Source: Mobula hypostoma (taxonomy: Eukaryota). From it: a stretch of DNA of 64,000 bases. The notes under the pieces are model-generated. The model did not search any database. It was not told the origin of the DNA and worked only from the letters and a program-made list of their open reading frames with translations. The stretch is taken from positions 122,948,001-123,012,000 of the forward strand of contig NC_086097.1 in assembly GCF_963921235.1 (NCBI RefSeq), in the 5' to 3' direction. Made by a program: the position numbers and the translations under genes. Below, piece by piece: positions 25,990 to 37,608 of this stretch (positions within the stretch are counted from its first letter, which is position 1; every line of letters begins with the position of its first letter).

Positions 25990-27100
25990 CGTTCAACACC
26001 ATCTGCCCTGCCCCACTGGGGGAGAAGCTGACAGCGATGCAGGTGGATGCTTTCCTGGTATCATGGATTCTTGATTACCCGACTGGCAGACCACAGTACA
26101 TGTGCTTGCAACACTGTGTGTCCGACAGAGTGATCAGCAGCACTGGGGCTCCACAGGGAACTGTCTTGTCTCCCTTTCTCTTCACCATTTACACCTCGGA
26201 CTTCAACTACTGCACAGAGTCTTGTCATCTTCAGAAGTTTTCTGATGACTCTGCCATAGTTGGATGCATCAGCAAAGGAGGTGAGGCTGAGTACAGGGCT
26301 ACGGTAGGAAACTTTGTCACATGGTGTGAGCAGAATTATCTGCAGCTTAATGTGAAAAACACTAAGGAGCTGGTGGTAGACCCGAGGAGAGCTAAGGTAC
26401 CGGTGACCCCTGTTTCCATCCAGAGTGTCAGTGTGGACATGGTGGAGGATTACAAATACCTAGGGATACGAATTGACAAACTGGACTGGTCAACGAACAC
26501 TGAGGCTGTCTACAAGAAGGGTCAGAGCCGTCTCTATTTCCTGAGGAGACTGAGGTCCTTTAACATCTACCGGACGATGCTGAGGATGTTCTACGAGTCT
26601 GTGGTGGCCAGTGCTATCATGTTTGTTGTTATGTGCTGGGGCAGCAGACTGAGGGTTGCAGACACCAGCAGAATCAACAGACTCATTTGTAAGGCCAGTG
26701 ATGTTGTGGGGATGGAACTGGACTCTCTGACGGTGGTGTCTGAAAAGAGGATGCTGTCCAAGTTGCATGCCATCTTGGACAATGTCTCCCATCCACTACA
26801 TAATGTACTGGTTGGGCACAGGAGTACATTCAGCCAGAGACTCATTCCACCGAGATGCAACACTGAGCGTCATAGGAAGTCATTCCTGCCTGTGGCCATC
26901 AAACTTTACAACTCCTCCCTTGGAGGGTCAGACACCCTGAGCCAATAGGCTGGTCCTGGACTTATTTCCTGGCATAATTTACATATTATTATTTAACAAT
27001 TTATGATTTTATTACTATTTAATTATTTATAGTGCAACTGTAACAAAAACCAATTTCTCCCGGGATCAATAAAGTATGACTATGACTATGACTATGACTA
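25988..27100 (+). mobile_element. Young 5'-truncated Rex1/Babar LINE
   Basis: Open frame SAFNT...GAPQGTVLSP...KFSDDS...RLYFLRRL...SFLPVAIKLYN to stop at 26948; AATAAA plus (ACTATG)n tail. Confidence 0.9.
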
Positions 27101-27149
27101 CGTAAACACATTTAAGGGAAGCTGATAGCATTAGATGAGAAAAGACAGA

Positions 27150-27389
27150 TAAGAGAAAGCAGGGAGGAGTTTGAGCGGGAGGGGAGGAAGGAAAAAGTGG
27201 GCTGTGGTTACCTGAAGTTAAGAGAAATCAATGTTCATGCTGTCAGGTTATAGTCTACAGGGGAAATATGTGGTATTGATCGTCTAATCTGTATCTGCTT
27301 TCGTTGTGGCAGTGGAGGGGCTGTGGGCAGACATGTCAGTGTGGGGATGGGAAATGGAATTGAAATGGTTGGCCAACAGGAGATTGCTT
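27150..27389 (-). mobile_element. Old Penelope GIY-YIG C-terminal fragment
   Basis: Diverged match to 34430-34615. Confidence 0.65.
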
Positions 27390-27900
27390 TGTTACATCAA
27401 TAGGTTTTCAAAAGCAGCTCAGAAGGACAGAAAGACACAAATTCACAAATTATCTACTTAGAACAACAAAAGTATGTTTATTAGGGCAGAACAGACCAAG
27501 CATTAAAATACTTATCTAGCTATGCACGGGCCCCTCTCACTGCAGCACACCTCCCACCTGATCCACAGCACTGTTCACGACCAGCCCATTAGTGAGGCCT
27601 CGACGAACTGTCCCAGGCCCCCTGAACACTTTATTTTATACCTTCTTCACTGATATGAAATGCCGCAGTAAGTGGGCCAATGCATAGCACCATCTGAAAC
27701 CACTGAATCAGAACCAGTTATCACTCTTCACAAGTGCCATCCCATCCCTGAGCTCACCTGACTCTCATGTTCCCGTGGCCGTTCCCACAGTAGTATTACA
27801 TTCCAGTGGTTGCATTCCCACTGTAGTAATCAAAGTCTGTCACATTCAAGGCCATAGTGGTGGTAAGACATTCAACAAGCACAAAGATCAACCCTTTACA
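27390..27900 (-). mobile_element. Probable 3' LTR of an endogenous retrovirus
   Basis: Minus strand TGTAAAG...GTAACA termini, preceded by purine-rich GAGGAGTGGATGG; TATAAAA near 27640 and AATAAA near 27482; lies directly downstream of env. Boundaries inferred from a single copy. Confidence 0.5.
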
Positions 27901-27959
27901 ATACCATCCACTCCTCGAATGTTGCAACCCCATTACATCTGGCCCACAGGCTTTAGTTC

Positions 27960-28870
27960 AACCCCCATGGACCACCCACCATATTACAAAATGGCTAAAG
28001 TAACACCCCAGTGGACTACAGTAGCCCACCAGTCTCCTGGTGCTCCAAAGACTCTCCAACTCCCTCCTGGGGTATAATAGTTATGGAACTGATACCCCAT
28101 TATTATATATCTTATCTACCGACCGTTGGATATGGTCAGCCAAATCTGTTATATTCTCTGACTCATCAAGGATATATGTACCTGGTCTTTTATGGTAAAG
28201 GCATCTCCTTTCTTTGCCAGGATATAATGCAAAGCCATTCTCTTCTGGCTGACACCATCAGGATGACCTCCCTTGATAACTGGTCAGTACCATTTGGGAA
28301 AAGCAATCATCCGGAACCAGTAGGCCTCTGTGACACCCCTATTCTGATGTTTTGACTTGTGGGGTGGGTATCGGCCAGATTATCAATGTTACGCACATAC
28401 AGCACAACATACCCCAGGTAGCAGCAGGCAGACCAGCCTGAAGGGAGCCAAGGGTAGGCCGGAGAGCCGCACGCTCGGTACGTGCCTTTCAACATGGAAA
28501 ACAAACCTATATAGTGCCATTAAGGTGCATAGAGGTGTATGAGTTATTTCCCATGGGAACCCGCCCATCATAACGGCAATGGTAAGTATTCCTGGATCAC
28601 GGTATTACATTCAACGTTGATACTTTGGTCTTTCTCTGATCACAGGCCAGCACATACCATCCCTTAAATGGAACCCGTTTTACAGTTCCATCAACAGTCA
28701 TGGGTGACAAGTTCATAGCAGGTTCATTCCATGACCAGTACTCGGTGTTATTCAGAGGGGTGGGGGGCAGTGCTCCCTTGCCTGAGTACACTGGAATCCA
28801 GGAACACACCCAACACTTCGAGATGTACAGGTGATCATGAAGCAGTCTCCCAATCTGTGTCAGAGCTGGA
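27960..28870 (-). pseudogene. env: Degraded gamma-type retroviral envelope
   Basis: CWVC (CXXC) at 28815-28804; GTY.ACGSPAYPWLPSGWSACCYLGYVV; ISD-like RMALHYILAKKG near 28241-28206; TYILDESENITDLADHI; frameshifts and deletions. Confidence 0.8.
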
Positions 28871-28879
28871 GCTTTACTG

Positions 28880-30495
28880 TCAGGACCCTGGGAGGCAACA
28901 CCTCCCTCTTCAAATGGACCCTTACTTTCTTGACATAATCAGTAGGGATAGGCAGCAACACCTCCACCATGATTGTTTTCAGCACTGGTGCTTGACAAGG
29001 CTGCACCCTCAGCCTCCTATTGCCTACGTACTGATCACTGCATAGTCAAATTCTGCTCGGACTCCATTGAAAAGTTTGCAGGTACCCCATCGTGGGGGGT
29101 ATCTCAAATAACAACGGGTCAGAGTACAGGAAATAGATAGAGAGCTTAGTGACATGGTGCCATGACAACAATCTCTTCCTCAATGTTAATAGAACAAAAG
29201 AGCTGGTCATTGGCTTCAGGAGGTTGAAGGATGGGTGAGGGCATAATACTCACACCGCTCTCTACGTTAGTGGTGTTGTGAGCTTCAAGTTCTAAAGCCC
29301 ATCCTGGTCCAACAGCATTAATGCCACGGGCAAGAAAGCTCACCAGCATGTCTACTTCCTCTGGAGGCTAGCAAAATTTGGCATGTCCCCTTGGAACCTC
29401 ACCACTTTTTATTGATGCACCATACAAAGCATCTTATCCAGATGCACCACAGCTTGGTACATCAACTGCTCTGTCCACGAACGCATGAAACTGCAGAGAG
29501 TTGTGGACAGAGCTCAGCACACCACAGGAACCAGCCTCCCCTTTATGGACTCTGTCACAGTGAAGCAACCAGCACAGTCAAAGACCCCACCCACCCTGGA
29601 CATTCCTTCTTCACCCCTCTTCCATTGGGCAGAAGCTGATAAGGTTCATCCATTGTCATCGATGAGGACCTCCACACCATTAGTACTTTTTACGAAGTCG
29701 AGTTGCTAGCTCGACACTCAACCTTGGCACGGATGGAAAGCGTGCCCGGAGGCGGCTTGACTAGATTCGACTCGGGAAACTTCACTGCCGGAGCCGGCTG
29801 ATGGTGTTGAGAATAGCGCGTGATTTGGATTTAAGTGAGGGAGAGTTGCACAGCGTCAGCCTCACTCTCTCTTCCCAATTCCTGTCTGGATCCAGTGGCA
29901 CGACAGAGTCGAGACGGCTGGAGATGGAACTAGGCGAAGTGGATGACCAGGACATCTTCGGTGTCTTGTCCTGCTCTACACGTTCCACGACGCTTGCAGA
30001 GACCGCCTTCTTGACCGTTGGACCTTCCATTGGTCTCATCCGCTCAATCCGCTGGAGTCTGTCTTCACATGCTGGGATAGACAACTCCCTATCTCACCGA
30101 GGGTTTGAGACCCGTCGGCTACCCTCATCTGGTTCAGCTGGCTTGTCGAAGCCGTTGCCCAGGGTGTGGCCGCTGTCGCATGCAAACAGCTACGGGGAGC
30201 CACAGGTGAGAGCTGAGTGCCAGGTGGGGAACAAAGGTGGACTAACCGCCCTGAAAAGGACACGACATGTTCCCCCACCAGAGGTGCTACCCCTCCCTGA
30301 CACCCCATACACCCCAAACAAGATTTTGCTGCCCAGCCTGAAAGCATATACTACTAGCTCACGGATAGTTTCTACCCTACTGTTATAAGACTATTGAATG
30401 GCTTCCTAGTACAATAAGACAAGCTCTTCACTTCACATTTAACTCATTAGCATCTTACACCTTATTGTTTACCAGCTCTGCACTTTCTGTTACAC
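28880..30495 (+). mobile_element. Rex1/Babar LINE fragment interrupted at ~29640-30325
   Basis: WCHDNNL.LNV..TKELV and VKDPTHPGHSFF.PLPLGR motifs. Confidence 0.7.
29640..30325 (-). mobile_element. Non-autonomous RTE derivative (5'UTR plus short 3' end)
   Basis: CpG-rich, non-coding. Minus strand has CCCAGCATGTGAAGAC...GGTCATCCACT...GCCACTGGA...GAGAGTGAGGCTGACG...CACTTAAATCCAAATCACGCGC, which I recall from RTE-clade 5'UTRs (unverified). Confidence 0.6.
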
Positions 30496-32517
30496 ATGAT
30501 TTTGGGCAGTAGCCTGGTGGTTAACACAATCGCTTTACAGTATCAGCAGCCACTAATCAGAGTTCGATTCCCACCACTGCCTGCAAGGAGTATGCACATT
30601 CTCTTCGTCAATTGTGTTAAATTATTGCCGCAAACATTGAAGGGACAAGCGATGGAGAGGCGATTTCGGGGGATGAGCCGAGATGCTGTGTTGCAGAATC
30701 GTAGCAGATGGAGTTCCGATGCCTATACAACAGCCACGGGTGTGAGGTTGGATCGCTCTGGGTGCTGAGCCCATTTGAAGAGCTTGAGAGAGGCTTCAGG
30801 CTGGGCAGCAAAATCTGAGCCTGGAGTTAGTCACTGGGTGGCATAATCTAGGCCTAGAGCCTTTTGCTGCAGTGGTGCCCTGGCCCTAGTGCAAGGTACA
30901 ATATGCTGTTCAGACAATTTAAACGCCAGTCCAGGTCGGAGCCAATTTTCGCTTGTTTTCCGTGATACTCTCTTCTCTCTATGGTGCTGGAGCCTTTCAC
31001 TGTTCCGTTGTTTGGTCAATTTAAATGCTGGCCCAGAAAGACTGAAAAGACAGGGTGTCAGGATCTGGGGCGAGAGCTGATTTCGCTCATTCTCCACCAT
31101 GGTCACTCCTCTCTCTCTATGGCACTGAGGCTATGAAGACTGCCCAGGCTGTTGTGCTCTATGCCCGCTAGTAACTGATAAACCAGGCTTTGGGCCTACT
31201 CCGGGCTGCCCCGGGGTTTGGCTCTGAGGACTCAATTTTGGTTTGGATTGTTGTTCGCTTCAATTGTTTGCACGATTTTGTTCTTTTTGTTCTATCTGAA
31301 TACATTGCGTAATTAATTGATCTGTATGGACAGTATGCAAGACAAGCTGTTCACTGTATCTCAGTACATGTGACAATAATAAACCATAGAGGCCACACCA
31401 AGAGCACGGAATACAATAAATGAAACTTATGGATTTGCATCTGAATTGATACCTCATATGGAAGGACTGTTTAGGTTCCTGAATGTTGGTAAGGAAGGAG
31501 ATACAGCATATAGAACATAGAACATAAAACATTACAGCACCGTACAGGCCCTTCAGCCCACAATGTTGTGCTGAACTTATAAGCTACTCAAAGATCAATC
31601 TAATTTTTCCCTACGACATAACCCTCCATTTTTCTATCATCCATGTGCCTATCTAAGGGTTTCTTAAATTCCCCTGATGTATCTGTCTCTACCACCACAA
31701 TGGACAGGTATTCCACCAATCTTGTGCACCTCTACCAAGTCACCTCTCATCCTCCTTTGTTCCAAAACAGAAAACCTCTAGCTCGCTCAACAAGTCCTCA
31801 TAAGACATTCTGTAATCCAGATAGCATTCTGGTAAATCTCCTCTGTACTCAATCCAAAGAGTCCACATACTTCTGACAATGAGGCAATCAGGCGGAACAC
31901 AATATTGCAAGTCTAACCAGCGTTTCATAGCGCTGTAAGACGCAGGCATAACACTTAGCCCGGTGGCAAGGCTAAGTGCCTGGAGAGCGATCGATGTGGA
32001 GAGGCAAGCAGACAAAGTAATCATGGAGAGAGTGCTCTCATCCCAAAATAACAAATACTAATTTTCCTCCATTGATGCTGTCTGTCCCATTGAGTTCCTG
32101 CAGCGTTTTGTGCACATTGATCCAGATATCGAGCATCTGCAGTGTCTCTTGTGTGCCGCATTGAATAAAGTTATTTTGTGCTGTTGATCTGTTCTTGTAT
32201 TCCTTGGTTGGTCCTCCACTTCCCCTCCATATGTTTTCCCCACAGGCAAGCAGATCACGCGACAGTGAAACTGCTGAGCCTACAATACAGTACACAACTC
32301 CCACAACCATTCCCAAACAGTGATCGCAAAAATCTGACATTGCCACACATCATAACAATAACACACCCGCCTTAAAGCATTTAAATCAGTTTCAGAAATT
32401 ACCTATTTCTGGAAAATGGGCAGAGGTAAAGGTACAGGGCACACTTTTCTTTTCAGTCAGGGATATTCAATTTGTGTGCATTTATCAAGCAAACCTGATC
32501 ATAAAGATCAGATAAGA

Positions 32518-33243
32518 TCAGACAGACCAAGGAACTGATTGTTGACTTCAGGAAGGGGAAATCAGGGGAGTACACACCAGTCCTCACTGAGGGATCAGAG
32601 GTGGATAGGGTGAGCAGTTTCAAGTTCCTGGGTGTCAACCTCTCTGAAGATCTATCCTGAGCCCAACATTTTGATCCAATTATGAAACAGACACACCAGT
32701 GCCTATACTTCATTAGGAGTTTGAGGAGATTTGGCTTGTCACCAAAGACTCCAGCAAGTTTCTACATATGTACCATGAAGAGCATTCTGACTGGTTGCAT
32801 TGGCATCTGGTATAAAGGGGGCACTGTACAGATTCGAAAAAAGCTGCAAAAGCTAGTAAACCCAGTCATCTCCATCGTGGGCACAGCCTCCCCACCATCC
32901 AGGACATTTTCAAAAGGTGATGCCTCAAAAAGGTAGCATCCACCATTAAGGATCACTGCCACCCAGAACATGGCCGCTTCTCATTACTACCATCACAGGG
33001 GAGGTGCAGCAGCACGAAGACACACTCCCAATGATTTTGAAACAGCTTCTTCCCCTCTGCCATCAGATTTCTGAAGAGTCCATGAACCCTGAACACGACC
33101 TCACTATTGTGCTCCCTGTTTGTATTATTTATTTTTTATATTTCTTATCATAACTTATAGATTTTATGTGTTATACTGTACTGCTGCAGCAAAACAACAA
33201 ATTTCACAATATACGTCACTGATCATAAACCGGATTCTGATTC
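32518..33243 (+). mobile_element. Rex1/Babar LINE 3' fragment
   Basis: TKELIVDFR...FKFLGV...LYFIRSLRRFGLS; GATTCT tail. Confidence 0.75.
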
Positions 33244-33712
33244 ATAAGTTATGCCAGTGATAAGGAATAAAGTATTAGAGAATCTCAAGGTGGAAAAATC
33301 CCGGAGTCTGCAACCACGGCTTTTAAAGGAAGAGGCTGTGGTGACAGTGGGCTCATTTGTCAAAAAAATTCAAAACTCACTAAATTCTGGGAGGGTACCA
33401 ATAGATTGGAAAACAGCCAAGGAAGACAGAAGGCAGTGAACTCCCTGCCAATTAGTTTAAAATCTATCTTGGCAAGATGCTGTCAATAATCAAAGAGGAA
33501 ATACCTAATCTATTAGGAAACGCACAGATAATCAAACTTGCTCAGCATGACCTTATGAAAGGTAAATCACACTTAACAAATTGGCTTGAACTCTTCAAAG
33601 ATGTGTCAGGGAGGGTTGATAGAGGGGAACCTGGAGATGTGGGGTATTTAGAATTCTAAAAGGCATTTGATGAGCAGCCATATACGAGGTTGGTCCATAA
33701 AATTTGGAGGAA

Positions 33713-33939
33713 CACACACCAAATGCTGTAGGATCTCAGCAGGCCAGGCAGCATCTATGAAGAAGTATAGTCGATATTTCAGGACAAGACCCTTCATCAG
33801 GATATCCTGATGAAGAATCTCGGTCCGAAACATCGACTGTTCTCTTTTCCATAGGTGTTCCCTGGTCTGCTGAGTTCTTCCACCATTGTGTAGGCTTTGC
33901 TTGGATTTCCAGCATCTGCAGATTTTCTCTTGTTTAAGT
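33713..33939. mobile_element. Palindromic mini-Penelope with two back-to-back hammerhead motifs
   Basis: Centre CTTCATCAGGATATCCTGATGAAG (33792-33815); arms are opposite-orientation PLE 3' ends; TTTGGAGGAA at 33703-33712 and 33940-33949. Confidence 0.85.
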
Positions 33940-34106
33940 TTTGGAGGAAGTGTGTTAGCAGAACTTGAAAATTGGCAGCTGCATAGAAAACAGAGTTGTG
34001 ATAAATGGAAACAACAGGAATTCTGCAGATGCTGGAAATTCAAGCAACATACATCAAAGTTGCTGGTGAACGCAGCAGGCCAGGCAGCATCTATAGGAAG
34101 AGGCGC

Positions 34107-34142
34107 AGTCGACGTTTCAGGCCGAGACCCTTCGTCAGGACT
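34107..34142 (-). ncRNA. Minimal type I hammerhead ribozyme (left arm)
   Basis: Reverse complement of 37573-37608. Confidence 0.8.
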
Positions 34143-34430
34143 AACTGAAGGAAGAGTGAGTAAGGGATTTGAAAGCTGGAGGGGGAGGGGGAGATGCAAA
34201 ATGATAGGAGAAGACAGGAGGGGGAGGGATGGAGCCGAGAGCTGGACAGGTGATAGGCAGAAGGGGATACGAGAGGATCATGGGACAGGAGGTCCAGGAA
34301 GAAAGACGGGGGGGGGGGTGACCCAGAGGATGGGCAAGAGGTATATTCAGAGGGACAGAGGGAGAAAAAGGAGAGTGAGAGAAAGAATGTGTGCATGAGT
34401 AACAGATGGGGTACGAGGGGGAGGTGGGGC

Positions 34431-35603
34431 CTAGCGGAAGTTAGAGAAGTCAATGTTCATGCCATCAGGTTGGAGGCTACCCAGACGGAATATAAGGTGT
34501 TGTTCCTCCAACCTGAGTGTGGCTTCATCTTTACAGTAGAGGAGGCCGTGGATAGACATGTCAGAATGGGAATGGGATGTGGAATTAAAATGTGTGGCCA
34601 CTGGGAGATCCTGCTTTCTCTGGCGGACAGAGCGTAGATGTTCAGCAAAGCGGTCTCCCAGTCTGCGTCGGGTCTCACCAATATATAAAAGGCCACATCG
34701 GGAGCACCGGACGCAGTATATCACCCCAGTCGACTCACAGGTGAAGTGATGCCTCACCTGGAAGGACTGTTTGGGGCCCTGAATGGTGGTAAGGGAGGAA
34801 GTGTAAGGGCATGTGTAGCACTTGTTCCGCTTACACGGATAAGTGCCAGGAGGGAGATCAGTGGGGAGGGATGGGGGGGACGAATGGACAAGGGAGTTGT
34901 GTAGGGAGCGATCCCTGCGGAATGCAGAGAGAGGCGGGGAGGGAAAGATATGCTTAGTGGTGGGATCCCGTTGGAGGTGGCGGAAGTTACGGAGAATAAT
35001 ATGTTGGACCCGGAGGCTGGTGGGGTGGTAGGTGAGGACCAGGGGAACCCTATTCCTAGTGGGGTGGTGGGAGGATGGAGTGAGAGCAGATGTACGTGAA
35101 ATGGGGGAGATGCGTTTAAGAGCAGAGTTGATAGTGGAGGAAGGGAAGCCCCTTTCTTTAAAAAATGAAGACATCTCCCTCGTCCTAGAATGAAAAGCCT
35201 CATCCTGAGAGCAGATGCGGCGGAGACGGAGGAATTGCGAGAAGGGGATGGCGTTTTTGCAAGAGACAGGGTGAGAAGAGGAATAGTCCAGATAGTTGTG
35301 AGAGTCAGTAGGCTTATAGTAGACATCAGTGGATAAGCTGTCTCCAGAGACAGAGACAGAAAGATCTAGAAAGGGGAGGGAGGTGTCAGAAATGGACCAG
35401 GTAAACTTGAGGGCAGGGTGAAAGTTGGAGGCAAAGTTAATAAAGTTAACGAGTTCTGCATGCGTGCAGGAAGCAGCGCCAATGCAGTCGTCGATGTAGC
35501 GAAGGAAAAGTGGGGGACAGATACCAGAATAGGCACGGAACATAGATTGTTCCACAAACCCAACAAAAAGGCAGGCATAGCTAGGACCCATACGGGTGCC
35601 CAT
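34431..35603 (-). CDS. PLE RT C-terminal half plus GIY-YIG endonuclease (inverted, 5'-truncated copy)
   Basis: 390-aa translation identical to the C-terminus of the + copy. Confidence 0.85.
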   Translation of the reverse strand: MGTRMGPSYACLFVGFVEQSMFRAYSGICPPLFLRYIDDCIGAASCTHAELVNFINFASNFHPALKFTWSISDTSLPFLDLSVSVSGDSLSTDVYYKPTDSHNYLDYSSSHPVSCKNAIPFSQFLRLRRICSQDEAFHSRTREMSSFFKERGFPSSTINSALKRISPISRTSALTPSSHHPTRNRVPLVLTYHPTSLRVQHIILRNFRHLQRDPTTKHIFPSPPLSAFRRDRSLHNSLVHSSPPSLPTDLPPGTYPCKRNKCYTCPYTSSLTTIQGPKQSFQVRHHFTCESTGVIYCVRCSRCGLLYIGETRRRLGDRFAEHLRSVRQRKQDLPVATHFNSTSHSHSDMSIHGLLYCKDEATLRLEEQHLIFRLGSLQPDGMNIDFSNFR

Positions 35604-35632
35604 AGCTACACCTTTAGTTTGGAGGAAATGGG

Positions 35633-37277
35633 CTTTATCCGCTCAGGGGATCTCCCATCCACTGCTACCAACCTTATAGTTCCCACATCCCGCACTTCCC
35701 GTTTCTACCTCCTACCCAAGATCCACAAACCTGCCTGTCCTGGCCGACCTATTGTCTCAGCTTGCTCCTGCCCCACCGAACTCGTTTCTGCATACCTCGA
35801 CACTGTTTTATCACCCCTTGTTCAATCCCTTCCGACCTATGTTCGTGACACTTCTCACGCTCTTAAACTTTTCGATGATTTTAAGTTCCCTGGCCCCCAC
35901 CGCTTTATTTTCACCTTGGATGTCCAGTCCCTATATACTTCCATCCCCCATCAGGAAGGTCTCAAAGCTCTACGCTTCTTTTTGGATTCCAGACCTAATC
36001 AGTTCCCCTCTACCACCACTCTGCTCCGTCTAGCAGAATTAGTCCTTACTCTTAATAATTTCTCCTTTTGCTCCTCCCATTTCCTCCAAACTAAAGGTGT
36101 AGCTATGGGCACCCGTATGGGTCCTAGCTATGCCTGCCTTTTTGTTGGGTTTGTGGAACAATCTATGTTCCGTGCCTATTCTGGTATCTGTCCCCCACTT
36201 TTCCTTCGCTACATCGACGACTGCATTGGCGCTGCTTCCTGCACGCATGCAGAACTCGTTAACTTTATTAACTTTGCCTCCAACTTTCACCCTGCCCTCA
36301 AGTTTACCTGGTCCATTTCTGACACCTCCCTCCCCTTTCTAGATCTTTCTGTCTCTGTCTCTGGAGACAGCTTATCCACTGATGTCTACTATAAGCCTAC
36401 TGACTCTCACAACTATCTGGACTATTCCTCTTCTCACCCTGTCTCTTGCAAAAACGCCATCCCCTTCTCGCAATTCCTCCGTCTCCGCCGCATCTGCTCT
36501 CAGGATGAGGCTTTTCATTCTAGGACGAGGGAGATGTCTTCATTTTTTAAAGAAAGGGGCTTCCCTTCCTCCACTATCAACTCTGCTCTTAAACGCATCT
36601 CCCCCATTTCACGTACATCTGCTCTCACTCCATCCTCCCACCACCCCACTAGGAATAGGGTTCCCCTGGTCCTCACCTACCACCCCACCAGCCTCCGGGT
36701 CCAACATATTATTCTCCGTAACTTCCGCCACCTCCAACGGGATCCCACCACTAAGCATATCTTTCCCTCCCCGCCTCTCTCTGCATTCCGCAGGGATCGC
36801 TCCCTACACAACTCCCTTGTCCATTCGTCCCCCCCATCCCTCCCCACTGATCTCCCTCCTGGCACTTATCCGTGTAAGCGGAACAAGTGCTACACATGCC
36901 CTTACACTTCCTCCCTTACCACCATTCAGGGCCCCAAACAGTCCTTCCAGGTGAGGCATCACTTCACCTGTGAGTCGACTGGGGTGATATACTGCGTCCG
37001 GTGCTCCCGATGTGGCCTTTTATATATTGGTGAGACCCGACGCAGACTGGGAGACCGCTTTGCTGAACATCTACGCTCTGTCCGCCAGAGAAAGCAGGAT
37101 CTCCCAGTGGCCACACATTTTAATTCCACATCCCATTCCCATTCTGACATGTCTATCCACGGCCTCCTCTACTGTAAAGATGAAGCCACACTCAGGTTGG
37201 AGGAACAACACCTTATATTCCGTCTGGGTAGCCTCCAACCTGATGGCATGAACATTGACTTCTCTAACTTCCGCTAG
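35633..37277 (+). CDS. PLE reverse transcriptase plus GIY-YIG endonuclease (5'-truncated, uninterrupted frame)
   Basis: LPKIHK, GRPIVS, LDVQSLYTSIP, GVAMGT, RYIDD, FLD, Cys linker PCKRNKCYTC, VIYCVRC..C...YIGET.R.L..RF.EH. Confidence 0.93.
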
Positions 37278-37572
37278 GCCCCACCTCCCCCTCGTACCCC
37301 ATCTGTTACTCTTTTTAATGCACACATTCTTTCTCTCACTCTCCTTTTTCTCCCTCTGTCCCTCTGAATATACCTCTTGCCCATCCTCTGGGTCACCCGC
37401 CCCCCCCGTCTTTCTTCCCGGACCTCCTGTCCCATGATCCTCTCGTATCCCCTTCTGCCTATCACCTGTCCAGCTCTCGGCTCCATCCCTTCCCCTCCTG
37501 TCTTCTCCTATCATTTTGCATCTCCCCCTCCCCCTCCAGCTTTCAAATCCCTTACTCACTCTTCCTTCAGTT

Positions 37573-37608
37573 AGTCCTGACGAAGGGTCTCGGCCTGAAA
37601 CGTCGACT
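37573..37608 (+). ncRNA. Minimal type I hammerhead ribozyme (right arm)
   Basis: AGTC-CTGACGA-AGG(GTCTCGG)CCT-GAAA-CGTC-GACT: helix I AGTC/GACT, conserved core, helix II, palindromic ACGT in place of helix III; predicted cleavage after C37604. Confidence 0.82.

Noticed and set aside
27070..27100. CRISPR-like or functional tandem array
   Set aside because: (ACTATG)n is a LINE 3' microsatellite tail with no spacers; the sequence is eukaryotic.
29801..30388. 195-aa ORF as a host gene
   Set aside because: Antisense to a GC-rich repeat and running into Rex1 sequence; no recognisable domain.
33648..34398. 183-aa and 170-aa ORFs spanning the hammerhead region
   Set aside because: They cross boundaries of three separate insertions and non-coding UTR; chance open frames.
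35418..35632. N-terminal ~72 aa of the 619-aa ORF as a novel PLE domain
   Set aside because: It is the antisense reading of the inverted arm (same peptide as ORF 36039..36290 on -); real PLE coding starts after the junction at ~35633.
34754..36954. Paired 190-aa Pro/Ser-rich ORFs
   Set aside because: Alternative frames of the C-rich PLE ORF, duplicated only because of the inversion.
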